Assembly (NCBI GenBank): GCA_965222115.1
Contig: CBDCTJ010000003.1
Span: forward strand, 1-64,000
Origin: Planctomycetota bacterium
Lineage (GTDB): Bacteria; Planctomycetota; PLA2; JAEUHO01
Length of the DNA stretch: 64,000 bases
Direction of reading: 5' to 3'
The notes beneath the pieces were generated by a model. The model saw nothing but the letters and a program-made list of their open reading frames with translations. It searched no databases and was not told where the DNA came from. The position numbers and the translations under genes are program-made. Shown piece after piece: positions 19,368-29,651 of this stretch. The first letter of the stretch is position 1, and each line of letters starts with the position of its first letter.

Positions 19368-20001
19368 ATAACGGTCCAGAGTTCGTTGCGAATCAACTGC
19401 GCGAATGGCTTGCGCGCCGAGGAGTGTTGCCGCTCTACATCGAGCCAGGAAGTCCATGGCAAAACGGATACGGCGAATCGTTCATCGGGCGTCTCAGAGA
19501 TGAGGTCTTGAACCGAGAACTCTTTACGAGCTTGCTCGAAGCTCAAGTCGTCACGGAAGACTGGCGAATCGAGTACAACAAGAGTCGACCGCACGGTGCG
19601 CTTGGCTACAAAACCCCAGAGGAATTTGCAGCTTCGTGCATCCGCGCCGCCTAGGGCGGGTGCGCGGCACGGAGGCACGAAGCAAGAAAGTTAGGGACTC
19701 TCACAACCGCTGGTAGCGCTATTGGGGGCACGTCAAACGAGTTACGCCTGATTTGAGTTCTGGTAGCCCTTGCACAAGTGTAATTGTCGCTGGCACAACT
19801 GCGTACTTAAATTTGGCACCCTCTGAACTGAGTTCTGAGGAGTGCGACAGTTACAACCAAGTTCGCCCAATCAATCAGACACGAATTCGTGTGGGGCAAT
19901 CGCACGCGACGAATTCAAGCCAAATAGAGCGCGCGCGACTAAGATGACTTTCGAACTGGGAGTGGCTTCCATGCTCGTGCGGCAACGGCTGACAAACGAC
20001 A

Positions 20002-20520
20002 ATGGATATCGGTTCAATGTCCAGAATCCAGTACGTGAGGATAGTCGCCGGATTGGAGACAACTATGTTTCACCCGGAAGTCGGGACCAGTTTTGGAGAG
20101 CACTGGACCACTGCGGAGAGCTTGTTTCGTACGGCTGGGGAGTACACATGGCGAAACTTCAATATTCAGCCGTGCCAAGTGACTATCGTCAACAAATCTG
20201 GTTGGTTTGGTAGTCCCCCCAGCGTACTCGTCATGTCCCGAATTCTGCGAACGTACGGGAACCCGCGGTTGGAGAACCAAGAGTTGCGGAGCAAAGCCGA
20301 ATCGTTCTGTCGGTCGCAGCTTCGTATGCGTGAGCAGGGGCTAGACTTTGCCGTAATATTTTTCAAGGGCGGTGACTTCGGAATTGGCTGCCTTTCGCCT
20401 GGCAGCTGGTTGCTGCCCTATCTCCGCGAAATCGCGGTACATCCAGCTGCTTCGCGACCTAAGGTCTTGCGAGTCGCCCGGAGCAAGAAGCCTTGGAAAC
20501 GGTTATTCCGGCGCAAGTGA
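20002..20520 (+). CDS. Hypothetical protein
   Basis: 172-aa ORF in the island; no recognisable motif. Confidence 0.45.
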   Translation: MDIGSMSRIQYVRIVAGLETTMFHPEVGTSFGEHWTTAESLFRTAGEYTWRNFNIQPCQVTIVNKSGWFGSPPSVLVMSRILRTYGNPRLENQELRSKAESFCRSQLRMREQGLDFAVIFFKGGDFGIGCLSPGSWLLPYLREIAVHPAASRPKVLRVARSKKPWKRLFRRK

Positions 20521-20582
20521 CGCATCAACGCTGTGTCAGATAAGTTGCCACTATCTTCAGTGGTACCCTGCTGCGTCCTATC

Positions 20583-21079
20583 GGTTCTACGGCACTTCGA
20601 GTGGGTCGCGACTGAGTGATTACTTGTCCTGCCGCCTCTAAGAGCGTGCGGAGGACAGGAAAAGAAATGATGTTGGCTAGATCGGGCTGTCACAATCTAG
20701 AGGTGCCCACGGAACTCATGCTTCTTTGTTGGTTACGAAATCGACATTTCAACAGAGGAGCCTCATGCGCGTCACCACATTGCTGCATCGGATGATCGAC
20801 GTCCCGGGGATGTACGTCCGTTCCATAGATTTTTGACTGTGGTGTGGGCAGGAAAAGGCAAGGATTCAGCGACGCTATGCAAGTTCTTCGAGGAGGTATC
20901 GTCGGAGGACACTATCAAGATTGAAGAGGTAACAACGAATCAACAACCGGCTCCGCATGACAGCTCGACGAGCATACGGACTTCACAGCGCCGAGGCGCT
21001 GATCTCTATGATGATCTTGTGTAACGGCGGCATCGAACTCCATCCGAAGCTGCCGTGACCCACAAAGAGATGGAGATTC
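20583..21079 (+). mobile_element. Internally deleted ISL3-family relic (copy B)
   Basis: GAGGAG + MRVTTLLHRMIDVPG (N-terminus), VVWAGKGKDSATLCKFFEE (middle), RAYGLHSAEALISMMILCNGGIELHPKLP* (C-terminus). Imperfect IRs GGTTCT...GTGGGTC and GACCCAC...AGATTC. Confidence 0.8.
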
Positions 21080-21091
21080 GATTTCGTTTGG

Positions 21092-21844
21092 CTAGCGGCT
21101 GCGCGCGCGCTTCTTCTTTCGTGTAGCCTTGCGTTTGGTGGCCTTCTTCTTGGCGGCACGCTTCTTACGATGCAGAGCCGTTTTTCGAATGTAGGCCGCC
21201 GCGCTTGGTGTCTTGCAACTGGTCTCGCCGTGATCGACCTCTACAACGCCAATGGCCTTCGCAGCGTTGAGCGCAAGCGCTTCCATCTTCTTGTTGCGTA
21301 GACCGATACAAATCAATGCCATGTTCATGGCGTGCCGGGTTCGATTTTTCTGATCGTGGATCGTGCATTGGATTTCGTCCACGATGGATGTGAGCTCGGC
21401 ATCGGTGAATGCAGGCGTCTCCGCCAGTGCGCCGATGAGTCCCCACCCGGCGGCACTCTTCCATTCATTCTTTGCCGATTTCCAGCGCGTGGCGCGGGTC
21501 TTTGCAATCTGCGTCTTGGCCACGAATCCAACGAAGGCGTCACTCAGCACATAGTTGTTCAGTTCCCCGGCCCATCCATCCACAAGCTTGGCCGTCGCGG
21601 CGTCTGGATCGGCCACCATGGTCGCAAGTACACGCGCATCGTGAACGCCGGACGTCCACAAGTCAACGGCCACGTCGTGATCTACGCCGATACGCTTCTT
21701 GAGCTTGCCGAGATTGGCATAGCTCACGCCATAGAGCGGAGGCTTCACGCCATGCCGCCCATAGACCTTTACATTCTGAGCGGTGCCGAGAGTCTTGAGT
21801 TCGGCAAGCACTGCCTTTGGCGTATTGGGTTTCTTGGCGGCCAT
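21092..21844 (-). CDS. DNA alkylation repair protein (AlkD-like HEAT repeat) with Lys/Arg-rich tail
   Basis: LYGVS, LW.SGVHDARVLA, RHAMNMALICIG, IGVVEVDHGETSCKTP, then KKRAAKKKATKRKATRKKKRARSR. Confidence 0.85.
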   Translation of the reverse strand: MAAKKPNTPKAVLAELKTLGTAQNVKVYGRHGVKPPLYGVSYANLGKLKKRIGVDHDVAVDLWTSGVHDARVLATMVADPDAATAKLVDGWAGELNNYVLSDAFVGFVAKTQIAKTRATRWKSAKNEWKSAAGWGLIGALAETPAFTDAELTSIVDEIQCTIHDQKNRTRHAMNMALICIGLRNKKMEALALNAAKAIGVVEVDHGETSCKTPSAAAYIRKTALHRKKRAAKKKATKRKATRKKKRARSR

Positions 21845-21906
21845 GCTGGCTCTCCTATGCGTTACAAAGACCCGGGGATTCGAGACAAAGGGACTGCACG
21901 CAGTCG

Positions 21907-24900
21907 CTACTTGGCATTCGGGCTATCTTCTTGGTCAGAACCTTCAGTGGGAACCGTTTTGTTGGGCACGATCAACTTGTCGGTACCCCGCACGGGCGTG
22001 TGTTCGGGCGGGATGATTGCCAAGCCTTCATCAACCGGAACAAGTAACTGCCCTCCAGACCATACCGGCGGAGCACGGCGAGCATCGCGCGACGGTGCAC
22101 GAAGCACGGTGCGTGGATCTGCTCCCACGGCTTCGCGCGAAGGCAGCCATTCGTGCCACATCTGGTGCTCGGAGCTCAGCGTTGCACAACTCACAACGAC
22201 GCCCAAGCTGTCTACGGTTGCGGCGAGTACATAGCGCCTGAGCCGTCCCGTGGATGCAAACCAGCGATGCTTAATGCCGGCGTACGCGGCGGTTTCGTTT
22301 TGTGGGGGCACGTCACCGAGGCTGCTCGGCCGCCGACGATCGCTGGATGGCGTGGGCGCACGCAGATGCACGGTGGACCCGAAGAGCGCGCTATGGCGAC
22401 CGCGGTTGCGAAGTCGAAGCACGTAAAGGGTGCGGCCACGGGCGAAGAGGCGCGACTCAAAGTCAAGCGGCCCACCCCGATCATCCGCCGCTGCGAACAC
22501 GAGGAAGGGAATCGTCTCCCGGTAGGGCTCACCGTTTCCATGCAGGGTGGGAAAGAGAACGTCGATCGTGGCATTCGAACGGGGAATGGCTGCGAACCCA
22601 CCCGCTACTGCCATGGGAGGCGCGCCCGCGCCGCCACGTGCAACCCGTCGCCACGTAACGGTGCCCGTCGCGCTGTTGACAAGTAGCGTCGTAGGTAGCC
22701 GCCGATTGCCCGCCAACACAAAGACCTGGCCGGCTACGGGTGCGGCCGTCGTCCGATCGATCCAGTTGGCCGCGCGGTCATAGCCGAACTGGTGTATGGA
22801 ACGACACGTGACACGCGCGCTGCCCGTCCATCGATCCAGAAGAACAGCGGAGCGACGTTCCAGCGTTTGAACAAGCACGGCACTGCCTACCGGTCGCAAA
22901 TCGGTGACGTGCCCCTCGGCCTCAAAACGCCAATGTTCTTCGCCGGTGCGGTGATCAACGGCAACGATGACATCCGGCGACAGCCGTTGATTGATCACCA
23001 CAAACGCGAGGACACCGTGTACGCGCAGCCGACGGACAAGTCCGTCGCCCACCCAACGCCACACGAGTTCGTGTTTGCCCGTGGAACGCTCAATCCGATG
23101 CAACCCCGTACGGCAAACAACAATCGCGTTCTGATGCGCATCGACCCAAATCGGTGTCTCATCCATGAGACCGCCCTGCGCGGCGGGGCGGCGTCCGGCT
23201 GAAAAGTCGCTCAACACCTCAGTTCCGCGACGAAACACCTTGACGGGAATGGTGTCGCCAGGCGTCGTGCCGGCCACGAGCGACATGAATCCATTGAGCG
23301 TGCGCACGGGCGTTCCGTTCCACTCACGTACCCAGTCACCCGCACGCACACCACTGCGATCGGCCGGTTCCTTCGCGACCACCGAGTGAACGAGCACACC
23401 GCCACCGGGCAACGCGCGATCGACTTCCCGCAATGAACTGCCAAACCACCCGCGATCGCCCAAATCGATGTCGGCGATGAGTTTCTCTCGCCCGATCGAC
23501 CAAAGTTCAAAACCCAGCCCGCGCTGCGCGAAAACCACATCAGCGAAACGCGTCGAATCGGTCTTGTCGCCCTTTCCAAACCCGCCCGCGTAAGCACCCG
23601 GACCCCACTGCGACCAAGGAGAGATCGCACGTAGCTCCACCGGTGTGATTCGCGCGAGTTCCTCCTTGGGCCAGAGAGGCAGCACACGCGGGCCGGTTTC
23701 GGCTTGACCCGACCCTTTTGCATCCAGACGCTGAGGACGTCGCGCCGCGGCACGGAACGCCGTCGGTATGGCGTCCACCGCTCCGTAGATGCGTCCGCGA
23801 ACAAGACTTGCGCGACGTTTATGTTCGTTCCCGGCCGCTACGTGAATCTGCTGGTAGTCGGGATGCAGCTCGGTGGCAACGAGCAGGTTCTCGGCGGCTT
23901 CAAACTCATACGCGTTCGCAAGCGCCTCGACTTCCTCCATTGCAAGCCGGTATGCCGCATCGTGTTTCGCGCGGGCGGGGTCCTCGTCAACACGTCCGTC
24001 GCGGACACGTTCCTCAATCGGCCACGGTGAAACAAGGCGCAAGTCGGACAGAAGGCAGGCGGCCTCCACATAGTCATTTCGTGCTCGCGCTCGACGAAGC
24101 AACTCCTCGCGAATAAACTTCGCGATCTTTGTGCCCACAGCTCTCGGTAGCGACTCACGCAACTCACGTTCGTCTTTCGATGACAGGTCCGTCCCGTGTT
24201 CGCGAGCAATCTGTGCTTCACGCTCTTTGAGAAATGCCACGATGGACGCGCGCCCCGGTGAATCGGGAAGCGCCAAGGCAGTCTCCAGCGTTTCCTCAAG
24301 CAAACGCGCGGCAAAGAGATCGCCGCGTGTCCACGACATGCCATCGCTGTCATTCAGACCATCGGCTTCGACGGCATGGGCGGCGCCCACCTCGATCCAG
24401 CGCGCGAGAAACGGCAGCGCCACGTCGTGCTGCTCGCGCGTGAGCAACCCGAGCGCAACGTCACGGTAGATGCCGCCGACATCCTCGATCGGCAACGTGC
24501 GCGCAAGTGCCGCGAGCTGAATCAACACCCGCTCCTGATCTTCAATCAAATCCAACTCGGACAATACGTAGTCGATGGAACGCAGTAAGACATCGTCGTA
24601 GGCGCGCTGCGCGGACTGTGTCCACGAAGAGCGCGCGGCCGCAGCGCGTTCAGCCACCTCCACAAGTCGATCCATGTCAATGGTTGCGGTCACGGCGTCG
24701 GTAATCCGTCTGGCGGCTTCAACGACGTCGTTCAGGCTCGTTGGTTGCGAAGCGGATGACGAAGCACCCAAGTTTGACGTGCGCGTCCGCTTCCTAAATG
24801 GACGAAACGAGTAGACTGCTACAACATCGGGTGTGACCACGCATAGGCGATTCGTATCAAACGTCAAATCGGCGCGACTGGCACCCATCAACGGCGCCAA

Positions 24901-27015
24901 CGTAGCGATACGCCAGTGCACTTGTTCATCGTTGTCGCGCGGATGAATCGCCCAGCGTTCCATGCGCAACAAGTTCTCGGCTACCGACACACAATGCGAG
25001 CCGGTGTCAATGGCGTGGCTCGACTGAAACGGCATGGGGTTGGACGTACCCAGTTCACGTTCAATGACGTGGCCGTCGCGCATGCGTACCTCGTAGAGTC
25101 GATCGCCTGCTAGTCGCGCAACCGTAGTACCCGGTGTAGAAAACGCGGTGCCAAGCAGGTTGCGCCAGTGATGGGGACCATCACCGTCTTGCCAACCGGA
25201 TGCACGCCAATGGAGTTCCCCCGTGCCGGCGTCGAGACAGAGAAGGTCCGGACTATCCATGGGTGCGATCAGCCAAGTTCCTTTATGGCCAATCGGCGCG
25301 TTTCGCAAACTTGCGCCTTCGCTGGTGCCCTGAGGCATCCATTCGCTCTGCGCAGAAAATCGCGGGAGTGCGCGCAACCACATGACACGACCCGTCGCAG
25401 CGTCTACTCCCGCGGCGAATCCTGCGTGGGGACAAAAACAGAGTTGCCCAGATGCAAGCGCGGGCCGCTGACCAAAGGGCGGCGCGTCAACATGCGTACT
25501 CGAAAATCGACCGCGTATGCCAGATTCACCCGAGCGCCCGCTTTCGCCGCCTCCGAGATACGTCAACCAACGAGTTTCACCCGTGAGACGATCCAAACAC
25601 GCGCCGTAGAGTGCGGTCGCGCCTTCAAAATGTGCAAACGTGACATACACGGCGTCACCAACGACCAACGGTGGCGACGAACATCCACATGCAGGACTGG
25701 ATAGGATGGGATCGGATTCCGTTGCATCGCCCGTAGCCCACCGGAGCTTGCCTGTGGCGGCATCAATCGCAACGAGCCGCATGCGGTGCTCGAGACCGAG
25801 GGAATCGGATTCCTCGGTGCGACCCAAAAACTCATAGGAACCCGTCGCCGCCGGATCGCCCAGTGTGGCAAGCACCAAATCGCCCGCGAGCGTGACATTG
25901 CGAAAGGGTTGTGATCCCTCTCGGTATCGAATAGCCGATGCGTGATTGAGAGGTGCTTCGCGTTGCGGAAAGGACCAATGTTCATAGCCGCTCTTCGCAT
26001 CAAGGCAACGAACAACGGCCCCCTCGTGAATCAGCAGCTTGTCATCCACAAACGTGGCACCGCGTCGCAGGGGCACCGGATCTGCAGGCAGTCGATCCCA
26101 CAGTTCACTCGACACATCAAATACGCGTGTCCACCTCAGCTCAAGAGACTCTGGATCGACCGGCCATTCGTGTGTTTGCGACGTGTCGCGACCGGCGCTC
26201 GTCTTGTTGCTCGATTTGCGAGACTGGGCATCACGCAAATACCGATGCAGCGGCTTCCTTACACCTCCTCGTGTTACGTCTTGAGCAAGCAGCGATTCAA
26301 AGCGCTTTTCAAATGCGCTAATTGCGGGCTCATTTCGCCCATGTGTGATGGCGTCCAAGTACCGCAACGCCACCGTAGCACGTTCGGCGTCGCTTCGATG
26401 GGTGGCAACATACAACCATCGGAGCGCGTGCGTGGCGGCTCGATGCCAATCACCGGCTTCGGCGGCGCGCTCGTAGAGCAACAGGCGAGCCGAGAGTCCG
26501 CCCTTTAGCGCCGCGAAACGCGAGGCCAGCGTTTCTAATGCATGCTTCCGACCCGAGCGACTACGCGTGCTGAGGATCGACGCCTCAGGTTGAAAATGTG
26601 CTTCGTACCAAACACGTTCATCAACTGGCAGTTCACTGATTAGTCGATTGGCACGCGTCTCGGCCGGCAAAAAGCGATGCGGTCTCTTGCGCTCGCGACG
26701 GCTCGACGCTTCGGGGAGCAAAACGCTTCCCCACTCGCGAATGAGCTTTACAAGCGGAGCCCGCGCCGCTTCGAACTGCTCGGCCCGAACGGCATCAACG
26801 CTCTCTCGCCACAAGCGAGTAGCCTCCCCCACGACATCGGTTTGAATGCGCGCCACGAGCATGGGCGGCACAGCGGGTTCCTCTTCCTCCGCCACGGCGA
26901 AACCAACCCAGAAGATGACCGCCACACAAAGAGAGACGCAAGTAGCCCATGGGGTCTGCGAGCGCGCGATTCCTTGCGGCTGCAAGGCGCTCCATTGCCG
27001 GGTTCGCTCAATCAA
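21907..27015 (-). CDS. Very large exported PQQ-like beta-propeller repeat protein with helical regions and a PDZ domain
   Basis: Repeated xLDxxTGxxxW motifs. PDZ-like GVLVHSVVAKEPADRSGVRAGDWVREWNG. Signal-like N-terminus. Confidence 0.85.
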   Translation of the reverse strand: MIERTRQWSALQPQGIARSQTPWATCVSLCVAVIFWVGFAVAEEEEPAVPPMLVARIQTDVVGEATRLWRESVDAVRAEQFEAARAPLVKLIREWGSVLLPEASSRRERKRPHRFLPAETRANRLISELPVDERVWYEAHFQPEASILSTRSRSGRKHALETLASRFAALKGGLSARLLLYERAAEAGDWHRAATHALRWLYVATHRSDAERATVALRYLDAITHGRNEPAISAFEKRFESLLAQDVTRGGVRKPLHRYLRDAQSRKSSNKTSAGRDTSQTHEWPVDPESLELRWTRVFDVSSELWDRLPADPVPLRRGATFVDDKLLIHEGAVVRCLDAKSGYEHWSFPQREAPLNHASAIRYREGSQPFRNVTLAGDLVLATLGDPAATGSYEFLGRTEESDSLGLEHRMRLVAIDAATGKLRWATGDATESDPILSSPACGCSSPPLVVGDAVYVTFAHFEGATALYGACLDRLTGETRWLTYLGGGESGRSGESGIRGRFSSTHVDAPPFGQRPALASGQLCFCPHAGFAAGVDAATGRVMWLRALPRFSAQSEWMPQGTSEGASLRNAPIGHKGTWLIAPMDSPDLLCLDAGTGELHWRASGWQDGDGPHHWRNLLGTAFSTPGTTVARLAGDRLYEVRMRDGHVIERELGTSNPMPFQSSHAIDTGSHCVSVAENLLRMERWAIHPRDNDEQVHWRIATLAPLMGASRADLTFDTNRLCVVTPDVVAVYSFRPFRKRTRTSNLGASSSASQPTSLNDVVEAARRITDAVTATIDMDRLVEVAERAAAARSSWTQSAQRAYDDVLLRSIDYVLSELDLIEDQERVLIQLAALARTLPIEDVGGIYRDVALGLLTREQHDVALPFLARWIEVGAAHAVEADGLNDSDGMSWTRGDLFAARLLEETLETALALPDSPGRASIVAFLKEREAQIAREHGTDLSSKDERELRESLPRAVGTKIAKFIREELLRRARARNDYVEAACLLSDLRLVSPWPIEERVRDGRVDEDPARAKHDAAYRLAMEEVEALANAYEFEAAENLLVATELHPDYQQIHVAAGNEHKRRASLVRGRIYGAVDAIPTAFRAAARRPQRLDAKGSGQAETGPRVLPLWPKEELARITPVELRAISPWSQWGPGAYAGGFGKGDKTDSTRFADVVFAQRGLGFELWSIGREKLIADIDLGDRGWFGSSLREVDRALPGGGVLVHSVVAKEPADRSGVRAGDWVREWNGTPVRTLNGFMSLVAGTTPGDTIPVKVFRRGTEVLSDFSAGRRPAAQGGLMDETPIWVDAHQNAIVVCRTGLHRIERSTGKHELVWRWVGDGLVRRLRVHGVLAFVVINQRLSPDVIVAVDHRTGEEHWRFEAEGHVTDLRPVGSAVLVQTLERRSAVLLDRWTGSARVTCRSIHQFGYDRAANWIDRTTAAPVAGQVFVLAGNRRLPTTLLVNSATGTVTWRRVARGGAGAPPMAVAGGFAAIPRSNATIDVLFPTLHGNGEPYRETIPFLVFAAADDRGGPLDFESRLFARGRTLYVLRLRNRGRHSALFGSTVHLRAPTPSSDRRRPSSLGDVPPQNETAAYAGIKHRWFASTGRLRRYVLAATVDSLGVVVSCATLSSEHQMWHEWLPSREAVGADPRTVLRAPSRDARRAPPVWSGGQLLVPVDEGLAIIPPEHTPVRGTDKLIVPNKTVPTEGSDQEDSPNAK

Positions 27016-27132
27016 TAGGAAGTCTCCGGCAACGTGCTCGCGGGTCGTTCCAATCTAACGCAAGTAGCCGCAGAACAGCGACACGAGCTAGCTTCTGACG
27101 CCCAAGTGGCGGCTGGGCGCTACGATGGGCCC

Positions 27133-28359
27133 GTGGACGGCGAGCGATCAATACTGCATGTGGATATGGACGCATTTTTCGCGTCTGTGGAGCAGCGTGA
27201 CGATCCGGCTTTGCGTGGGAAACCGGTGCTCGTGGGCGGAGCCGGAAAGCGCGGCGTGGTGGCCACTGCGTCCTACGAGGCCCGCGCGTTTGGTTGTCGT
27301 TCGGCCCAGCCCATGGCGACTGCTCTCAAACTGTGCCCCGACGCCATCGTGGTGCCGTCGCGCGGTCACGCCTATCGCGAAGCGTCAGACGCGATTCACG
27401 AGGTGTTTCGCGAGGCAACGCCTCTGATTCAGCCTTTGAGCATTGACGAGGCCTTTCTCGATATCACGGGCACTGAACGTCTCCACGGCGCGGCGGTGGA
27501 TGTAGCGCAGACTATTAAAGACAAGATTCACGAACGTACGAGCCTCACGGCGTCGGTTGGCGTTGCGCCGAATATGTTTCTCGCCAAACTCGCATCGGAT
27601 CTGCGCAAGCCCGACGGATTGGTGGTGATCACGCGCGACAACGTGCAGTCAATCTTGGATCCGCTCTCGATCCGTCGTATTCCCGGTATTGGACCCAAAT
27701 CGGAGCCACGTTTTACGGCACATCGCATAGAGACGATTGGCGACTTACGCGCGCGAAGCCGCGAGGAACTTACGCGAATCTTCGGGTCACACGCAAAGCG
27801 GCTGTATGACATTGCGCGCGGCATCGATCACAGAAGGCTCACACCGGATGGCGAGGCGAAGAGCATCTCCCAAGAATGTACGTTTGCCGAAAATGTGCCC
27901 GACCCGGACTACGTTCGCAGCGTGCTGCGCGGACACACGCAGGATGTCGCGCGCCGCCTTCGCCGCCACGGACTGCGGGCAAAGACCGTCTCCCTTAAGA
28001 TTCGCTACGGCCAGTTTCAGACCATTACACGCTCTCGTTCGTTTCGCGAAGCGACCTACGCCACCGAGGATCTCCTGGATGCCGCGTGTGCGTTGTGGGC
28101 CACGTGGGTGGCAAGCGGCTTTCAACCGGTGCGTCTCATCGGGGTCGGCACAAGCAACTTCACAACCAAAGAACCCGAGCAAACACTGTTTCCCGATCGC
28201 GTAGCCGAACGCAGAAGCCGACTTGACGAAACACTCGACGCCCTCCATGTGCGTTTCGGTCGCGGCACAGTGACTCGCGCCGACACCAAAACCTCCGACC
28301 GCGCGGATGGACTCGGCCGCGGCGACGATGCGGTGCGGCGTGAAGATCGGGATGCATAG
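27133..28359 (+). CDS. dinB: DNA polymerase IV
   Basis: ILHVDMDAFFASVE, SYEAR, LSIDEAFLD, LAKLASD..KPDG, IPGIGPK. Confidence 0.96.
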   Translation: MDGERSILHVDMDAFFASVEQRDDPALRGKPVLVGGAGKRGVVATASYEARAFGCRSAQPMATALKLCPDAIVVPSRGHAYREASDAIHEVFREATPLIQPLSIDEAFLDITGTERLHGAAVDVAQTIKDKIHERTSLTASVGVAPNMFLAKLASDLRKPDGLVVITRDNVQSILDPLSIRRIPGIGPKSEPRFTAHRIETIGDLRARSREELTRIFGSHAKRLYDIARGIDHRRLTPDGEAKSISQECTFAENVPDPDYVRSVLRGHTQDVARRLRRHGLRAKTVSLKIRYGQFQTITRSRSFREATYATEDLLDAACALWATWVASGFQPVRLIGVGTSNFTTKEPEQTLFPDRVAERRSRLDETLDALHVRFGRGTVTRADTKTSDRADGLGRGDDAVRREDRDA

Positions 28360-28496
28360 ACGGCTCGGTTGCCCATGGTGACTTTCGCAGCCATTACTTG
28401 GCCTTTCAACCGACTTGTAACGCAACCCGCGAAAAGCGGCTCTTGGAGATGGCGCGTAAGGGTTCCGGTCCCCGCGTCGCGAAATGGAGCCCTCCG

Positions 28497-29582
28497 ATGA
28501 AATCCCTCCCTCTCTCTACCAACGTGTCTCGACTTCTAACTGTCTGTGTGTGCACTGCATTTCTGACCCTCTCTGGCTGCGGTGCTGGAGGTGGCAGTGG
28601 TGGCGACGAAGCGGACAGTGACGCCCCACAAGCCCCAGCGTTCTTCGTGGATGCAATCGCAGGTGATGATGCGAATTCGGGTACTACCGACTTTCCACTG
28701 CGGACAATCACGAAGGCACTTGAGCTAGTCGCCCCGGGTGAAACGGTCCGCGTTCGATCCGGCCGCTATGACGCCAACCACGGCGAGCGGTTTCCTATCC
28801 GCGTCCCAGCCGGCGTGTCGCTTGTGGGTGATGTCCTATCGATACGCGATGTCATTCAGTTTCCGTTCCCGGTGCTACCAACGACGATGTCGGCCAAGGT
28901 GGTTGGTACAGGCGTAGCGCTAGAACTTCAAACGAGCAACCCTTCTTCGATCATCCCGTTTGCAACCATGATCGTGGGCGAGAACAGTAGTGTCTCTGGA
29001 TTCGAGATTCGTGGATCCGAGCTGACTTCACCCGATGGCCGTTCCTACACCACACTCGCGCTCCCTCATCCGGGCGCTTCCATTCGATATTCCCTTATCT
29101 TCGGCGGGCCGCTAATTGGTGGACAGACCGATGCTGATCGTAGCAACGGCGTCGTAGCAATGGGTGATGGTGAAGCCCGTTCGATCGATCTGTGCCGAAT
29201 CTCAAACAGCGAATATGGACTCCGTGCGCTTGACACGGGACTCTCCGTGGAAACGTCGATCATCAACGACTGCTCGATCAGCGTCTTCTGTCATGGCGAG
29301 GGCCTCGATCTCGGCGGAGGCGATGCCGGCAGTCTCGGCGGAAACTCAATCTACGAAGGCGAGAAAATTGACATCATCGTGAGCGCAAACACGGTTGCTT
29401 TGTTTGCCGATAACAACTACTGGGACGCGTCGCCGCCTGTCATCCGAGTAAGTAGCGCCGCTGGAGCCGACGGCGACGGAACGGACATCTGGATTCGCCC
29501 GGGGACGTTTCTCAGCGTGGCGGGATCCAGAAAAGTCGGCGATGTCCCTGTACTTGACGACACGCTCTCGACGGGGCCGTAG
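28497..29582 (+). CDS. DUF1565/pectin-lyase-fold (beta-helix) lipoprotein
   Basis: Lipobox LSGC. FFVDAIAGDDANSGT...PLRTITKAL...GE.FPI.VPAGVSLVG and DLGGGDAGSLGGN. Confidence 0.75.
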   Translation: MKSLPLSTNVSRLLTVCVCTAFLTLSGCGAGGGSGGDEADSDAPQAPAFFVDAIAGDDANSGTTDFPLRTITKALELVAPGETVRVRSGRYDANHGERFPIRVPAGVSLVGDVLSIRDVIQFPFPVLPTTMSAKVVGTGVALELQTSNPSSIIPFATMIVGENSSVSGFEIRGSELTSPDGRSYTTLALPHPGASIRYSLIFGGPLIGGQTDADRSNGVVAMGDGEARSIDLCRISNSEYGLRALDTGLSVETSIINDCSISVFCHGEGLDLGGGDAGSLGGNSIYEGEKIDIIVSANTVALFADNNYWDASPPVIRVSSAAGADGDGTDIWIRPGTFLSVAGSRKVGDVPVLDDTLSTGP

Positions 29583-29651
29583 TGCGTCACGTTGCGCTGT
29601 TCCATGAGTAATTCATGCCCCCATCGGAAAGGTTGGATGGGGGCGCTCCCC

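Larger units (their letters stand above)
17210..19654 (+). pseudogene. IS3 OrfB DDE transposase, split: 17210-17765 and 19368-19654
   Basis: The 5' part ends HIRC and the 3' part continues DNGPEF...[13 protein letters not shown]...RPHGALGY. Removing 17766-19367 restores CGC TGC GAT AAC GGT. Confidence 0.93.
16869..19735 (+). mobile_element. IS3-family insertion sequence, interrupted by an IS110 element
   Basis: Terminal IRs TGACGTGCTCCCC... and ...GGGGGCACGTCA (5'-TG...CA-3'), plus orfA and orfB. No clear target-site duplication. Confidence 0.93.
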
